From NCBI GenBank assembly GCA_002379985.1, contig DFVG01000010.1, positions 4,630 through 68,629 of the forward strand: a stretch of DNA of 64,000 nt, read 5' to 3'. The position numbers and the translations under genes were made by a program. A model generated the notes under the pieces. That model saw nothing but the letters and a program-made list of their open reading frames with translations. It did not search any database and was not told the DNA's origin. Each line of letters begins with the position of its first letter. Position 1 is the first letter of the stretch. Shown here piece after piece: positions 10,027 to 20,375 of the stretch. The DNA is from Flavobacteriaceae bacterium UBA4166 (lineage in GTDB: Bacteria > Bacteroidota > Bacteroidia > Flavobacteriales > Flavobacteriaceae).

Positions 10027-10352
10027 CCCCCCACACGCTTTACGTGAAAACCTTTGTCTTTTAAATATTCCATAATCTCTTTGCGATAGTCGCCCTGAAT
10101 AATAATGGTCTCATTTTTAAAGCTGCCTCCAACCCCGAGCAGGGTCTTCAATTCTTTGGCAAGTTGCTTAAAATCTGATTTGGCACCATTGTAACCGTCG
10201 ATGATGGTAATCGGTTTTCCTTTTCGCTTTTCGTATTTACAAAGCAATGGATCGTCTTGAAGCCATACCGTATCTGGTGCTTCCTCTTTCTCTTCGGAAG
10301 GCTCCGGCACGTGATCGGGAAACAATTTCTTTAATTGATCTTCGAGGTCCAT
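10023..10352 (-). CDS. translation initiation factor SUI1/YciH family
   Basis: C-terminal ITIIDGY...LKTLLGVGGS...IIIQGDYR...GFHVKRVGG matches SUI1. Start set to MDLEDQL (ATG 10350-10352), which abuts the upstream stop. The longer ORF extension overlaps the upstream gene. Confidence 0.85.
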   Translation of the reverse strand: MDLEDQLKKLFPDHVPEPSEEKEEAPDTVWLQDDPLLCKYEKRKGKPITIIDGYNGAKSDFKQLAKELKTLLGVGGSFKNETIIIQGDYRKEIMEYLKDKGFHVKRVGG

Positions 10353-10353
10353 T

Positions 10354-11304
10354 CTATTTTTTAATAAGTCCGATTTCCACCAAACGCTGATGTAAGAACT
10401 CACCAGCCGTGATATCAGGATAAGCTTTCGGGTGGGCCTCATCGATACACGCTTCCAGACAATTTAGCTTCATATCACTACGTGGGTGCATAAAGAAAGG
10501 TATACTATATCGTGGAGTGTCCCATTGCTCTTTTGGTGGGTTGACCACACGGTGAATCGTAGATCGCAGTTTGTTATTGGTATGACGCTCTAGCATATCA
10601 CCCACGTTGATCACCAACTCATCCTCCGCGGGAATGGCATCGATCCATTCGCCATCCTTTCGCAATACTTGGAGTCCGCCTGTAGAAGCTCCCATTAATA
10701 AGGTGATCAAGTTAATATCGCCATGCGCACCGGCACGAACGGCGCCTTTGGGCTCTTCAGTGATAGGAGGGTAGTGGATGGGGCGCAGAATACTGTTCCC
10801 GTTTGAGGCCCAATGATCAAAATAGTGTTCATCGAGTCCGATATACAACGCCAAAGCCCGCAACACATAGATCCCGGTTTTTTCAAGCATTCTATACGCT
10901 TCCATTCCCGTATGGTTAAAGTCTTGCAGTTCTTCGACCTGAACATTTTCAGGATAGCTGTCCGGAAGGTTTGCATCCTCTTCAGGCTCTTGGCCAAAAT
11001 GCCAAAATTCTTTGAGATCGCCTTCTTTTTTACCTTTGGCGTGTTCTTTTCCGAAGGAAACATAGCCGCGTTGGCCGCCTAGTCCTTCAATCTCATATTT
11101 CTTTTTAACTTCTACAGGAAGTGCAAAAAACGCTTTAATTTCTTTATATAGCTCTTCAACCAAAGCATCGCTCAAGAAGTGATTTTTTAGGGATACAAAC
11201 CCGATTTCTTCATAAGCGTTACCAATTTGATCTACAAATTGTTGTTTCCGTTTTGGATCTTCCGAAAGAAAATCAGCTAAATCTACGCTTGGGATATTGT
11301 TCAT
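10354..11304 (-). CDS. 2-oxoglutarate/Fe(II)-dependent oxygenase (isopenicillin N synthase-like)
   Basis: Facial triad HGDINLITLL ... HRV. N-terminal DIOX_N-like region. Confidence 0.8.
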   Translation of the reverse strand: MNNIPSVDLADFLSEDPKRKQQFVDQIGNAYEEIGFVSLKNHFLSDALVEELYKEIKAFFALPVEVKKKYEIEGLGGQRGYVSFGKEHAKGKKEGDLKEFWHFGQEPEEDANLPDSYPENVQVEELQDFNHTGMEAYRMLEKTGIYVLRALALYIGLDEHYFDHWASNGNSILRPIHYPPITEEPKGAVRAGAHGDINLITLLMGASTGGLQVLRKDGEWIDAIPAEDELVINVGDMLERHTNNKLRSTIHRVVNPPKEQWDTPRYSIPFFMHPRSDMKLNCLEACIDEAHPKAYPDITAGEFLHQRLVEIGLIKK

Positions 11305-11427
11305 AAGTATTCCGTTTAACAGGTTACAAATATACCAAATATCCTCGGCACTTCCGAAGCGAAAAAAAACACAAAAATCATCATCAATACTTGATTTTTT
11401 CTACTTTTGAATAACTCAATTCAATTC

Positions 11428-13431
11428 ATGGAAACCCAGAAAACAACCACCCCTCCGTTTGATTATACAACTCACAATCTCGATACTGAAACACTTTTAA
11501 AACTTTATGAAGGCATGTTATTGCCACGTATGATCGAAGAGAAGATGTTGATCTTACTGCGACAAGGCAAGATCTCTAAATGGTTTAGTGGTATTGGGCA
11601 AGAAGCCATTGCTGTGGGCGTTACGGCTGCATTGCGTAAGGAAGAGTACATTTTACCCATGCACCGAAATTTGGGTGTCTTTACCATGAGGGATATACCT
11701 CTATTTCGCTTGTTTGAACAATGGCAAGGAAAGTCCAACGGGTTTACAAAAGGGCGTGATCGCAGCTTTCATTTTGGTACCCAAGAATACAACATCGTAG
11801 GCATGATCTCGCATTTGGGACCACAATTTGGTGTGGCCGACGGGATCGCACTGGGTAATCTTCTCAAAGACAATAAGCAAGTTTGTGCTGTTTTCACTGG
11901 AGAAGGAGGGACGAGTGAAGGCGACATCCACGAAGCCCTCAATGTGGCATCGGTCTGGCAACTGCCGGTGCTTTTTTGTATCGAAAATAATGGGTACGGT
12001 CTATCAACACCTACCGAAGAACAGTATCGCTGTGAGCATTTGGCAGATCGTGCGCAAGGATATGGCATGGAATCACACATCATTGAAGGAAATAACATTG
12101 TTTCGGTCTATGGGCAAATCAATGCCCTTGTTGAAAGCATGCGTGAAAATCCGCGCCCTGTGTTGATAGAGTTCAAAACCTTTAGGATGCGTGGTCACGA
12201 AGAGGCAAGTGGTACTAAGTATGTTCCGCAAGATTTAATGGACTTCTGGGAAGCGAAAGATCCGGTGCTTAATTTTGAGCGGTATTTGATGTCGGAAGGA
12301 ATTCTTTCTGAAACAAAAAATGAAACCTATAAAACCACCATCAAGAACGAAATTGACAAGAACTTGGAGATCGCTTTTGCCGCTCCGGAAATTATTCCTT
12401 CGTTGAGCGAGGAATTGTCGGACGTATTTGCTCCTTCCGAAGCCATAGACGTTCTACCGAATGAGACAACTACCGAATTACGATTGGTAGATGCTATTTC
12501 TGAAGGGTTACGACAATCCATGGGACGCCACGATAATTTGGTGATCATGGGACAGGACATCGCTGAGTATGGAGGGGTTTTCAAAATAACAGAAGGATTT
12601 GTGGAGCGCTTCGGAAAAGATCGTGTGCGAAACACTCCTATCTGTGAGTCGGCTATCGTTTCTGCAGCCATGGGGCTCTCCATAAATGATTATAAAGCTG
12701 TCATGGAAATGCAATTTGGTGATTTTGTGACTTCAGGTTTCAATCCAATTGTAAATTATCTGGCAAAGAGCCACTATCGATGGAATCAAAAAGCAGATGT
12801 TGTGATCCGAATGCCCTGTGGAGCCGGCGTAGGAGCAGGCCCATTTCACAGTCAGACAAATGAAGCGTGGTTTACCCATACACCCGGACTCAAGGTTGTA
12901 TATCCGGCATTTCCATACGACGCCAAAGGATTATTGGCGAGTGCCATTAACGATCCGAATCCCGTGTTGTTCTTCGAGCACAAAGCATTATATCGCAGCA
13001 TCCGACAAGAAGTTCCAACCGAATATTATACGCTTCCGCTTGGAAAAGCCGCACAGCTAAAAGAAGGAACCCAAATGAGCATCATCACGTACGGAGCAGG
13101 AGTTCATTGGGCGATGGAAGTACTAGACACCTTATCCATTTCCGTAGACCTTATTGACCTTCGAACCTTGGCTCCTTTAGATACAGCCGCCATTTATCAA
13201 TCAGTTCGAAAAACGAACAAAGTGCTCATTTTGCAAGAAGATTCTATGTTTGGAGGGGTGGCTTCTGATATCGCTTCCCTGATCGCAGAACACTGTTTTG
13301 AATCTTTGGATGCACCCGTTAAAAGAGTTGCTAGTTTAGAAACTCCTATACCCTTTGCGAAAGCTCTTGAAGAACAGTACCTTCCCAAAGAACGGTTAAA
13401 GAGGGCAATACAAGACCTTCTCGCTTATTAA
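11428..13431 (+). CDS. 2-oxoacid dehydrogenase E1 component, fused alpha/beta subunits
   Basis: The N-half carries a TPP-binding alpha subunit (GEGGTSEGD...NNGYG). The C-half is a transketolase-like beta subunit (GQDIAEYGGVFKIT, FEHKALY). First ATG at 11428; the ORF track starts at a TTG. Confidence 0.85.
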   Translation: METQKTTTPPFDYTTHNLDTETLLKLYEGMLLPRMIEEKMLILLRQGKISKWFSGIGQEAIAVGVTAALRKEEYILPMHRNLGVFTMRDIPLFRLFEQWQGKSNGFTKGRDRSFHFGTQEYNIVGMISHLGPQFGVADGIALGNLLKDNKQVCAVFTGEGGTSEGDIHEALNVASVWQLPVLFCIENNGYGLSTPTEEQYRCEHLADRAQGYGMESHIIEGNNIVSVYGQINALVESMRENPRPVLIEFKTFRMRGHEEASGTKYVPQDLMDFWEAKDPVLNFERYLMSEGILSETKNETYKTTIKNEIDKNLEIAFAAPEIIPSLSEELSDVFAPSEAIDVLPNETTTELRLVDAISEGLRQSMGRHDNLVIMGQDIAEYGGVFKITEGFVERFGKDRVRNTPICESAIVSAAMGLSINDYKAVMEMQFGDFVTSGFNPIVNYLAKSHYRWNQKADVVIRMPCGAGVGAGPFHSQTNEAWFTHTPGLKVVYPAFPYDAKGLLASAINDPNPVLFFEHKALYRSIRQEVPTEYYTLPLGKAAQLKEGTQMSIITYGAGVHWAMEVLDTLSISVDLIDLRTLAPLDTAAIYQSVRKTNKVLILQEDSMFGGVASDIASLIAEHCFESLDAPVKRVASLETPIPFAKALEEQYLPKERLKRAIQDLLAY

Positions 13432-13527
13432 TCTTTTAACATTTGCTGTTAAACTTCACACAAACATAGTTTTGCAGGGACGTTTTTGATGTACTTTAGA
13501 GTCACTAATCATTAAAAACAAGAAACT

Positions 13528-13689
13528 ATGTTACGCTGGATTATTATTTTTCTGATCATCGCTCTTGTAGCAGCGGTATTTGGTTTCGGTGGAATCGCAG
13601 AAGGTGCTACCGACATCGCACAAATTATTTTTTACATCTTCATAGTACTATTGGTACTGTCATTGCTATCTAGATTATTCAGAAGATAG
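13528..13689 (+). CDS. small membrane protein, DUF1328/YtjA-like
   Basis: 53-aa ORF below the track cutoff: [53 protein letters not shown]. It has the family's typical GFGGIA core between two TM helices. Confidence 0.65.
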   Translation: MLRWIIIFLIIALVAAVFGFGGIAEGATDIAQIIFYIFIVLLVLSLLSRLFRR

Positions 13690-13722
13690 AAACAAAAGAA
13701 CACTTAATCTAAACCAACACTT

Positions 13723-14202
13723 ATGAAAAAAATACTTGCAGTTGTACTGTTGGCATTTGTAGCTTTTGGCTGCGGTACCCCAAAAACAGTAAAAGAATCA
13801 AAAAAAGTAATTAAAGGATATTGGAACCTCACGAACATCTCATACAGTGAATCAGGAACCTATAATGTAACGCTATTGAACGATACTTCTAAAGAATGTT
13901 TTGAAGGAAGTACGTGGCGATTTATTCCCAACAATAACACGGGAATATACACTGTCAATAACGGAAACTGTCCAACCGGGGATCGAAATTTTATTTTTAC
14001 CATCCAAGAGATCGATGCGAATACGGGACTTTACGATTTCTTATTGAAACCTACGATCAAGCGAGGAAAACCTGATGATTCTATTGGTTTCCGTTTAAGT
14101 CTTACCCAACTAACTGAAAATTCAATGCGTTGGGAGCAGACCGTTTCTGTAGATGGATCCCCTTTTACTATTTATATGAACTTTTCTAAAATTGAAGAAT
14201 AA
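13723..14202 (+). CDS. lipocalin-like lipoprotein
   Basis: Lipobox AFGCG, a beta-rich sequence and a GYWNL start typical of lipocalin-like domains. Confidence 0.55.
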   Translation: MKKILAVVLLAFVAFGCGTPKTVKESKKVIKGYWNLTNISYSESGTYNVTLLNDTSKECFEGSTWRFIPNNNTGIYTVNNGNCPTGDRNFIFTIQEIDANTGLYDFLLKPTIKRGKPDDSIGFRLSLTQLTENSMRWEQTVSVDGSPFTIYMNFSKIEE

Positions 14203-14912
14203 TGAAAACCTTTTTTAAGAATATATTTATAGTTGCTCTTGCATTGGTATTCACAGCGAGTTTTGTGAGTTGTGAGGCAACACGAAATGCGAACAATAAG
14301 CAAAAAGGCGCTGTAATCGGTGCAGCGGGTGGTGCTATTTTAGGTGCCATTATTGGTAATAACGTCGGAAAAGGCGGAAATGGCGAAATCGGTGCGGTCA
14401 TCGGTGGAGTCGTTGGAGGTACTGCCGGTGTCATTATTGGTGATAAAATGGACAAACAAGCTCAGAAAATTGAGCAAGAAATTCCTGGAGCTCAAGTTGA
14501 GCGAGTGGATGACGGAATTGTCGTAACTTTTGATGAAAATAGTGGTGTTTATTTTGACACGAACAAGTATAACATCAATGCCGCTTCGCAAGAAACACTA
14601 AATAAATTGGCAGCCGTTTTAGTAGAATATCCGGATACAGATGTGCTAGTGGTAGGACATACCGATAGCACGGGTACGGATGCCTATAATATGGAGCTTT
14701 CGAAAAACCGCGCCTATGCAGTGACCAATTATTTTACGCAGAATCGCGGACTAAGTTCTGGGCGTTTTACCACAAATTGGTACGGAGAGCAGAGTCCGAT
14801 TGCAGATAACAATACTGCTGAAGGACGCGCGCAAAACCGTCGTGTAAATATTGCCATCTTGCCAAACGATAAAATGGTACAAGATGCTGAAAGAGAAGCA
14901 AGCGGAAACTAA
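14202..14912 (+). CDS. OmpA-family protein with N-terminal glycine-zipper
   Basis: Gly-zipper GAVIGAAGGAILGAIIGNNVGKGG. OmpA C-terminal domain (VVGHTDSTGTDAYNMELSKNRA...NRRV). Confidence 0.85.
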   Translation: MKTFFKNIFIVALALVFTASFVSCEATRNANNKQKGAVIGAAGGAILGAIIGNNVGKGGNGEIGAVIGGVVGGTAGVIIGDKMDKQAQKIEQEIPGAQVERVDDGIVVTFDENSGVYFDTNKYNINAASQETLNKLAAVLVEYPDTDVLVVGHTDSTGTDAYNMELSKNRAYAVTNYFTQNRGLSSGRFTTNWYGEQSPIADNNTAEGRAQNRRVNIAILPNDKMVQDAEREASGN

Positions 14913-14936
14913 TTATTTCTGAAGCAATTATTAAAA

Positions 14937-14968
14937 ACCTGCCTTCCTGTAAAGGCGGGTTTTTTTAT
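14937..14968 (+). terminator. rho-independent terminator
   Basis: A 9-bp stem accugccuu/aaggcgggu (one G-U pair) with a 5-nt loop, followed by TTTTTTTATT. Confidence 0.65.
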
Positions 14969-14990
14969 TGATATATTTACAGCAACGCCT

Positions 14991-16109
14991 ATGAAATCAT
15001 ACGAACTTATCATTATTGGAGGAGGCCTAGCCGGATTGTGCTGTGCAATTCATCTCGCTAAAGAAGGTAAGAGCGTTGTTGTTATTGAAAAAGAGTCGTT
15101 TCCGCATCACAAGGTCTGTGGCGAATATGTTTCTAATGAGGTTGTTGGCTATCTGAATGCCCTCGGAATTGACCCATACCACCACGGAGCTGTGGCTATC
15201 AACGAATTGGAATGGTCCACAGTAGATGGCAAGAACGTATGTGTTGAACTACCCTTGGGAGGCTTCGGAATGAGCCGCTTTGCGCTGGATCACCTTCTGT
15301 TTCAGAAGGCATCATCGTTTTGCGAAGTTGTTCAAGAAACAGTGACAGAGGTTTCTTTTCACGACAATATTTTTACCGTTGAAACACAGACGGGAACTCA
15401 TTTTCAAGCGCCTATTGTTGTAGGTGCCTTCGGAAAGCGTTCGTTGTTAGATAAAAAATTAGAACGAAAATTCATCAATGAAAGAACCGCTTGGATGGCC
15501 GTAAAAGGACATTATGAATACGATTATCCTGTAAATCGTGTCGGACTCCATACTTTTGATGGTGGATACTGTGGCCTATCCAAAACAGAATCCGGCAGTG
15601 TAAATGCCTGTTATTTGGCAACAGTGCCTTCGTTTAAAAACGCCGGAAGCTTGGAAGCCCACCGCAAAACCGTGGTGAGCAGCAATCCAATTTTAAAAGA
15701 GTTTTTTGCAAAAGCAAAGCCGCTTTTCGACGCTCCTCTAACGATCAGTCAGATTTCCTTTGCATCAAAGCCCCCTGTTGAAAATCACATATTTATGGTA
15801 GGCGATAGTGCGGGGCTCATCCATCCATTATGTGGCAACGGCATGGCGATGGCCATCCACGGCGCGAAGATATTTTGTGAATTATACCTCCAAGCGTCAA
15901 AGGAGGAACCTCTCAACAGAGCAGACCTAGAACGTGCGTATGAAAAGCAATGGAGCGCTACCTTTTCAAACCGACTCCGAGTCGGGAGTTGGGTTCAAGA
16001 AATTTTAATGCGACCTGGTTGGGCTTCCATAGGATATCAAGTAGTCCGGAAAGCCCCGATGTTACTGAAAAAAATAATTCAACAGACCCATGGGCAACCT
16101 ATAGCATAA
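14991..16109 (+). CDS. FAD-dependent oxidoreductase (geranylgeranyl-reductase/aromatic hydroxylase-like)
   Basis: Rossmann IIIGGGLAGL...VIEKE, KVCGE motif and GDSAGLIHPLCGNGM. Confidence 0.8.
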   Translation: MKSYELIIIGGGLAGLCCAIHLAKEGKSVVVIEKESFPHHKVCGEYVSNEVVGYLNALGIDPYHHGAVAINELEWSTVDGKNVCVELPLGGFGMSRFALDHLLFQKASSFCEVVQETVTEVSFHDNIFTVETQTGTHFQAPIVVGAFGKRSLLDKKLERKFINERTAWMAVKGHYEYDYPVNRVGLHTFDGGYCGLSKTESGSVNACYLATVPSFKNAGSLEAHRKTVVSSNPILKEFFAKAKPLFDAPLTISQISFASKPPVENHIFMVGDSAGLIHPLCGNGMAMAIHGAKIFCELYLQASKEEPLNRADLERAYEKQWSATFSNRLRVGSWVQEILMRPGWASIGYQVVRKAPMLLKKIIQQTHGQPIA

Positions 16110-16819
16110 TGGTTCAGTTTTCTTCAACATATCGTTCTAAAGAGACCGAAATCATGGATGATTTTGACCTACAGGGTGCCGAAATGCAACAATTACTCAC
16201 TGATCTTAAAACAGTGAATTGTTATCTGGGTGGGAATACTGTGACGCTTTCAGGAATAGAACTGCTTCTAAAAGACATTCCTGCCACAACATCTATCACA
16301 ATAGCAGATATAGGCTGCGGAGATGGGGAAATGTTGCGGCAATGTGCACGTTATTTTCAGAAGAAAAAAATAGCAGTCCACTGTCTGGGGATCGATGCGA
16401 ATGCGCATATTTTAGAAGAAGCTGCCATTCGTTCTACTGAATTTCAAAACATTACGTATCACAAAATTGACGTATTTTCCCAAGAGGCTACTATTCCGCC
16501 ATTTGACATCGCGTGCTGCACCTTGTTCTTGCACCACTTTAAAAACGATCAGATTATCACCTTGTTGAATCGATTGTCGCAAACTGCGAGACTAGGCGTA
16601 GTGGTCAATGATCTTGCGAGAAATCGTTGGGCATTTCAATTGTTTAAAATTTTTGGTTGGCTATTTTTGAAAAGTAAGATCGCAAAACACGACGGATTGG
16701 TTTCCGTAGCTCGAGGATTTAAGAAGCGAGAGCTGAAGGCCATGAGCAAACAAATTGAAGGGACACATCAAATTAAATTAAAATGGGCCTTCAGATATCA
16801 ATGGATAATTAAAAAATAA
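16109..16819 (+). CDS. class I SAM-dependent methyltransferase
   Basis: Motif I IADIGCGDGE. The ATG overlaps the upstream TAA (TAATG). The 15950 extension overlaps the upstream gene and is rejected. Confidence 0.8.
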   Translation: MVQFSSTYRSKETEIMDDFDLQGAEMQQLLTDLKTVNCYLGGNTVTLSGIELLLKDIPATTSITIADIGCGDGEMLRQCARYFQKKKIAVHCLGIDANAHILEEAAIRSTEFQNITYHKIDVFSQEATIPPFDIACCTLFLHHFKNDQIITLLNRLSQTARLGVVVNDLARNRWAFQLFKIFGWLFLKSKIAKHDGLVSVARGFKKRELKAMSKQIEGTHQIKLKWAFRYQWIIKK

Positions 16820-17871
16820 TGAGCGTACACATTCCTGCTGTAGCAAAACAACTACCTCCTTTTACGAGGAACACCTCCGAAATTTTGCCCTTCGTTGAGA
16901 CTTGGATGGAAGGACAAGACAATCGATTCAAACGAAAAGTGCTAAAAATCTTTGAAGGAGCAGGGGTCGATCGACGTTATTCCATCATGGACGCTCCAGA
17001 TGTTTTTGAACATACTTCCTTTGAGGCTCGAAACGATGCGTACGTAGCGGCAATGAAGACCCTAGGGAAACAATCTTTGGAAAAAGCATTACAAAAAGCA
17101 GCTTGGAGCCCGAAGGAGGTAGATTTCATTATTACCGTAAGTTGCACGGGAATTATGATTCCTTCCGTAGATGCGTATTTGATCAATGAGCTGGACATGC
17201 GAGAAGATATCGTAAGACTTCCAGTGACCGAGATGGGCTGTGCTGCGGGAATTTCAGGAATGATCTACGCCTATCAATTCCTCAAAGCAAATCCCGGCAA
17301 ACGCGCCGCCGTGATCGCCTTAGAATCACCCACAGCAACATTTCAATGGGATGATTATTCTATGGTAAACATTGTAAGCGCTGCGATTTTTGGGGATGGT
17401 GCGGCCTGTGTGTTATTGTCTTCGGAAGAAGAAGCACCCGGTCCTAAAATTCTCGATGAAGGTATGTACCACTTTTACGATGCTACACACATGATGGGGT
17501 TTAAATTGGTGAATAGCGGACTCCAAATGATCTTGGATAAATCGGTTCCTGAAACTATTTCATCGCATTTTCCAAAGATCATACACCCGTTTTTAGAGCG
17601 GAATCATAGAACAATAGAAGATATAGATCATTTGATCTTTCATCCCGGCGGAAAAAAAATCGTTCAAACCGTTGAAGACCTCTTCGGAAGCCTTGGAAAG
17701 AACATTGACGACACTAAGGCCGTCCTCAAAGAGTACGGAAACATGAGTAGTGCAACTGTACTCTATGTGCTCGAGCGATTTATGGAACGTGATCTTGAGA
17801 AAGGAAGCTTAGGACTTATGCTGAGTTTTGGTCCCGGTTTTTCAGCGCAACGTATTTTATTAGAGTTTTGA
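16819..17871 (+). CDS. type III polyketide synthase (chalcone synthase superfamily)
   Basis: Cys-His-Asn triad contexts VSCTGIMIPS, FHPGGKKI and GNMSSATVLYVLE. Confidence 0.9.
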   Translation: MSVHIPAVAKQLPPFTRNTSEILPFVETWMEGQDNRFKRKVLKIFEGAGVDRRYSIMDAPDVFEHTSFEARNDAYVAAMKTLGKQSLEKALQKAAWSPKEVDFIITVSCTGIMIPSVDAYLINELDMREDIVRLPVTEMGCAAGISGMIYAYQFLKANPGKRAAVIALESPTATFQWDDYSMVNIVSAAIFGDGAACVLLSSEEEAPGPKILDEGMYHFYDATHMMGFKLVNSGLQMILDKSVPETISSHFPKIIHPFLERNHRTIEDIDHLIFHPGGKKIVQTVEDLFGSLGKNIDDTKAVLKEYGNMSSATVLYVLERFMERDLEKGSLGLMLSFGPGFSAQRILLEF

Positions 17872-17872
17872 T

Positions 17873-18652
17873 ATGGAGCAGCAACAGATAAAAAATAAAT
17901 GGGCGTTAATCCTCGGTGGCAGTAGCGGACTCGGTTGGGCGTCTGCCGTGCAACTCGCCAAAGACGGATTTCATATGTGCATTGTCCATCGTACGCGAAG
18001 AAGCGCGCTACCAGACTTCGAAAAACGTGCAAATTCGTTGAAAGAATACGGTGTTGAGGTCAAACTTTTTAATAGCAATGCACTTCAAAAAGAAACCCTA
18101 GATACGGTACTTACGGAAATTCCGAAGCAATCATTAAGCGTCCTCATTCACAGCATCGCCAAAGGGAGCTTAAAAACCATGCGTCCTTCAGATACTTCTT
18201 CATTACGTCTAGAGGATATCAATATTACCTTACATGCCATGGCCACTAGTTGGTATCAATGGACACAGGCCGCAATCACCAAAGAGGTATTTGCAGCAAC
18301 CGCCTGCAATATGGCGTTTACCAGTGAAGGCAATACAAAAGTTTGGCCGGGATACGGAGCGGTTTCGGCAGCAAAGGCAACGCTAGAAGCATTGATGCGA
18401 CAAATGGCGGTGGAATTTGCACCCTTGGGAATGCGCACAAATTGTATTCAGGCAGGAACTACAGAAACTCCTTCTTTTTATATGATACCCGGAAGCGAAC
18501 AATTGGCCCAAATGGCACAAAAAAGAAACCCTTTTAACCGACTTACCACTCCTGAAGATATTGGAAACGTCGTTTCGTTACTTTGTTCTGATAAAGCAGA
18601 ATGGATCAACGGAACGGTAGTTGTTGCGGATGGCGGTGAACATTTGAGGTAA
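17873..18652 (+). CDS. SDR-family reductase with enoyl-ACP-reductase-type Y-x6-K motif
   Basis: Cofactor-binding ILGGSSGLGWA. The catalytic region YGAVSAAK is Y-x6-K (FabI/FabL style), not the classical Y-x3-K. Confidence 0.7.
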   Translation: MEQQQIKNKWALILGGSSGLGWASAVQLAKDGFHMCIVHRTRRSALPDFEKRANSLKEYGVEVKLFNSNALQKETLDTVLTEIPKQSLSVLIHSIAKGSLKTMRPSDTSSLRLEDINITLHAMATSWYQWTQAAITKEVFAATACNMAFTSEGNTKVWPGYGAVSAAKATLEALMRQMAVEFAPLGMRTNCIQAGTTETPSFYMIPGSEQLAQMAQKRNPFNRLTTPEDIGNVVSLLCSDKAEWINGTVVVADGGEHLR

Positions 18653-19101
18653 TGAAAAAAGACTTGCAATACATAGTCAATCACTTACCCTATAAGGCAC
18701 CCTTTCTATTTGTTGATGAATTGACACAGGTAGATGAGAATGGAGCCTCGGGACATTATACTTTTTCTGAAGATTCAGAATTTTACCAAGGCCACTTTCC
18801 TGATCATCCCATCACTCCGGGCGTTCTATTGACAGAATGTATGGCGCAAATAGGCCTCGTAAGTTTGGGTATTTTTTTGCTTTCTTCGGAAGAAGTAGAA
18901 GAGCAGACTTCCGTAGCTCTAAGCGAAACAAACATTGAGTTTTTAAAAGGAGTAAATCCCGGAGAAACAGTTTACGTACAATCGGAAAAAATCTATTTCC
19001 GCTTCGGAAAGCTTAAATGTAAGGTGCGAATGACCAATGCAAAAGATGAATTAGTTTGCAAAGGAATTATAAGTGGAATGGTATTTCAGAAGAAGACATG
19101 A
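18652..19101 (+). CDS. FabZ/FabA-like hot-dog dehydratase
   Basis: GHFPDHPITPGVLLTECMAQ active-site motif. Confidence 0.8.
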   Translation: MKKDLQYIVNHLPYKAPFLFVDELTQVDENGASGHYTFSEDSEFYQGHFPDHPITPGVLLTECMAQIGLVSLGIFLLSSEEVEEQTSVALSETNIEFLKGVNPGETVYVQSEKIYFRFGKLKCKVRMTNAKDELVCKGIISGMVFQKKT

Positions 19102-20369
19102 AAAAGCGAGTCGTTATCACAGGGTTAGGTATTGTAGCTCCGAATGGTATCGGACTAACAGATTTTGAAGCTGCCTTACGCGCCGGCACGTCAGGCATCC
19201 GCTTCTTTCCGAAACTGGAGGCTTTGAAGTTTTCTTGTCAAATAGGAGGGAAGCCTCAGCTTTCGCAAGAGAAGATTGACACCTATCTTTCTTCGTTACA
19301 GCAACGCAATTTTAATGCAAACGGTATTCTCTACGGAATCATCGCCGGAATGGATGCCTTGAAGGATGCAAACATCAAACCGGCAGATCCGGAGGCGGAA
19401 CCTTTGTGGGATTTCGGAATTATTTTCGGAACCGGAACCAGCGGTGTGGATAAATTCCGTGAAGCGATCTATCAGGTTGATGAAAAAAACGTACGCCGAC
19501 TGGGAAGTACTACGGTGATTCAAACCATGAGCAGCGGCATCAGTGCGTATTTAGGTGGAATGATCGGTGCGGGAAATCGCGTCACCACTAATTCGGCTGC
19601 CTGTGCCACTGGTACCGAAGCCTTACTGTTGGGATATGAACACATTGCTTCCGGCCAAGCTAGTCAGATGCTCTGCGGAAGTTGTAGTGACGACGGCCCT
19701 TATCTTTGGGGTGGTTTTGATGCCATGCGCGTGACTACCTGGAAACATAACGACCAATCCGAACAAGCATCACGCCCATTAAGTGCTTCCGCCAGCGGTT
19801 TTGTTCCTTCCAGTGGTGCCGGGGCGTATCTTCTGGAATCACTAGAAAGTGCCGAAGCCAGAGGAGCCACGATTTATGGTGAAGTTTTAGGTGGCGCCAT
19901 CAATAACGGAGGGCAGCGATTGGGCGGAAGCATGACCGCACCCAACAATACCGCGGTGCAAAAATGTATTTCAAAAGCGCTTGAAAATAGCAAGGTAACT
20001 GCTTCAGAAATTGACTACATCAACGGACATTTGACGGCCACGATCAAAGATCCGGTTGAAATTCAAAACTGGTGCGAAGCCTTGCAGCGTTCCGGAACGC
20101 AGTTCCCCTATATCAATTCGCTAAAGGGAATGATTGGTCACGGACTGGCAGCCAGTGGGAGTATGGAGATCGTCGCGACACTGCTTCAGCTAAAACACAA
20201 TTTTATTTTTCCGAATGTCAATGCGGAAGACCTCCATCCTGAAATTGAAAATCAAGTAGATAGCAATCGCATTCCGCAGAAAACCATAGAAACACCTTTA
20301 AAAACTGTGGCAAAAGCAAGTTTTGGTTTTGGAGATGTAAACGCGTGTGTTATCTTTAGAAAAATTTAA
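19098..20369 (+). CDS. beta-ketoacyl-ACP synthase (KAS I/II-like)
   Basis: MKKRVVITGLG start, active-site NSAACATGTEA, and His motifs NGHLTAT and IGHGLAASG. ATGA overlap with the upstream gene. Confidence 0.85.
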   Translation: MKKRVVITGLGIVAPNGIGLTDFEAALRAGTSGIRFFPKLEALKFSCQIGGKPQLSQEKIDTYLSSLQQRNFNANGILYGIIAGMDALKDANIKPADPEAEPLWDFGIIFGTGTSGVDKFREAIYQVDEKNVRRLGSTTVIQTMSSGISAYLGGMIGAGNRVTTNSAACATGTEALLLGYEHIASGQASQMLCGSCSDDGPYLWGGFDAMRVTTWKHNDQSEQASRPLSASASGFVPSSGAGAYLLESLESAEARGATIYGEVLGGAINNGGQRLGGSMTAPNNTAVQKCISKALENSKVTASEIDYINGHLTATIKDPVEIQNWCEALQRSGTQFPYINSLKGMIGHGLAASGSMEIVATLLQLKHNFIFPNVNAEDLHPEIENQVDSNRIPQKTIETPLKTVAKASFGFGDVNACVIFRKI

Positions 20370-20375
20370 AATTCC

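Noticed and set aside
14186-14455. An 89-aa minus-strand Pro/Ala/Thr-rich ORF (and 14340-14591).
   Set aside because: It is antisense to the Gly-zipper (GGN-rich) part of the OmpA-family gene, which is a typical shadow ORF.
15950-16108. A long N-terminal extension of the methyltransferase ORF. Similar extensions occur at 19056-19097, 10353-10442, 24022-23951, 25376-25344, 27223-27176 and 37326-37273.
   Set aside because: The extensions overlap the well-supported upstream genes or precede obvious signal peptides or N-terminal motifs. Internal ATGs give standard gene junctions (TAATG or ATGA overlaps).
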